Assembly (NCBI GenBank): GCA_030390025.1
Contig: CM059432.1
Span: forward strand, 63,242,001-63,306,000
Direction of reading: 5' to 3'
Length of the DNA: 64,000 nucleotides
Origin: Squalus acanthias
Lineage: Eukaryota
This document shows, piece after piece, positions 62,800-64,000 of the stretch (positions are counted from its first letter, which is position 1; each line of letters starts with the position of its first letter). The position numbers and the translations under genes were made by a program. The notes below the pieces were generated by a model, which was not told the origin of the DNA, made no database searches, and saw only the letters and a program-made list of their open reading frames with translations.

Positions 62800-64000
62800 T
62801 TCTAGACTCCCCAGCCAAGGGAAACATTCTCCCAGCATCCACCCTATCAAGCCCTGTAATAATTTTGTATGCTTCAATGAGATCCCCTCTCATTCTTCTG
62901 AATTCAAGAGAATACAGGCCCAGTTTACTCAATCTCTTCTCATACGACAGTCCCGCCATCCCAGGAATCAATCTCGTGAACCTTCGTTGCACTCCCTCTA
63001 TGGCAAGTATATCCTTCCTTATGTAAGGAGACCAAAATTGTACACAGTACTCCAGGTGTGGTCTCACCAAGGCCCTATATAATTGGAGTAAGACTTCTTT
63101 ACTCCTGTACTCAAATCCTCTTGTAATGAAGGCCAGCATACCATTTGCCTTCCTAATGGCTTGCTGCACCTGCACATTCACTTTCAGTGACTCATGTACA
63201 AGGACACCCAGGTCCCTTTGAGTATCTGCATTCCCCAATCTTTCACCATTTAGGAAATACTCTGCCTTTCTGTTTTTTCTACCAAAGTGGATAACTTCAC
63301 ATTTATCCACATTATATTCCATCTGCCATGTTCTCGCCCACTCACTGAGCCTGTCGACATCCCCCTGAAGCCTCTTCACATCCTCTTCACAACTGACACT
63401 GCCACCTAGCTTTGTATCATCAGCAAATTTGGAAATGTTACCTTTAGTCCCCTCATCCAATCATTGATATAGATTGTGAATAGCTGGGGCCCAAGCACCG
63501 ATCCTTGCAGTACCCCACTAGTCACAGCCTGCCATCCTGAAAAAGACCCGTTTATTCCTACACTTTGTTTTCTGTCTTTTAACCAATTCTCTATCCATGC
63601 TAGTATATTACCCCCAATTCCATGTGCCCTAATTTTTATCACCAACCTCTTGTGTGGGACCTTATCGAAGGCCTTCTGAAAATCCAAATACACCACATCT
63701 ACCAGTTCCCCTTTGTCTACTCCACTAGTTACATCCTCAAAGAACTCCAATAGGTTTGTCAAACAGGATTTCCCTTTCATAAATCCATGTTGACTCTGCC
63801 CAATCTTACTATTAGTTTCTAAGTGCCCAGTTATTGCATCCTTTCTAATAGATTCCAGCATTTTCCCAACTACTGATGTGAGGCTAACAGGTATGTAGTT
63901 CCTCGTTTTCTCTCTCCCTCCTTTCTTAAATAGCGGGGTTACATTTGCTATCCTCCGATCTGCAGGAACCGTTCCAGAATGTATAGAATTTTGGAAGATG
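62800..64000 (-). mobile_element. CR1 LINE RT region, runs off window; 3' end missing
   Basis: ORFs 63406-63861 and 62800-63460 contain QHGF, LDFQKAFD, QGSVLGP, FADD and RPHLEYC. Confidence 0.92.

Noticed and set aside
62741..63460. 239-aa ORF ending in DIGFMSRYRT, apparently a CR1-PLE fusion protein
   Set aside because: It is chance in-frame read-through across the insertion junction, and the upstream CR1 is frameshifted.

Overview
This is eukaryotic, transposon-dominated DNA. The repeat families (a SacSINE1/Deu-type SINE, CR1 LINEs with (TTCTTATG)n tails, Penelope-like elements) point to a cartilaginous fish such as a shark; that is inference. I found no host exon, rRNA, tRNA or CRISPR array I can support. 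Four element groups fill the window. (1) CR1-group LINEs in both orientations, one near full length with an SGNH-esterase ORF1. (2) Two families of Penelope-like elements (RT + GIY-YIG) with hammerhead-ribozyme-bearing pseudo-LTRs, including one near-intact full-length copy. (3) A two-gene PIF/Harbinger transposon (spliced Myb/SANT gene converging on a DDE transposase), plus about a dozen deletion derivatives and MITEs with 3-bp TSDs. (4) Several SINEs. The most interesting observations are a young 267-bp dimeric CR1-tail retroelement present twice almost identically, a Penelope copy whose 3' UTR carries the other family's ribozyme module, and twin MITEs in consecutive units of a CR1 tail microsatellite with a C-NNN-G target preference. 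Also notable are a MITE family with co-varying hairpins and three conserved splice donors, and a shared inward-facing TTAAAGGG motif in Harbinger ends. Coordinates were counted by eye: TSD-defined ends should be within a few bp, and ends of old fragments are approximate.
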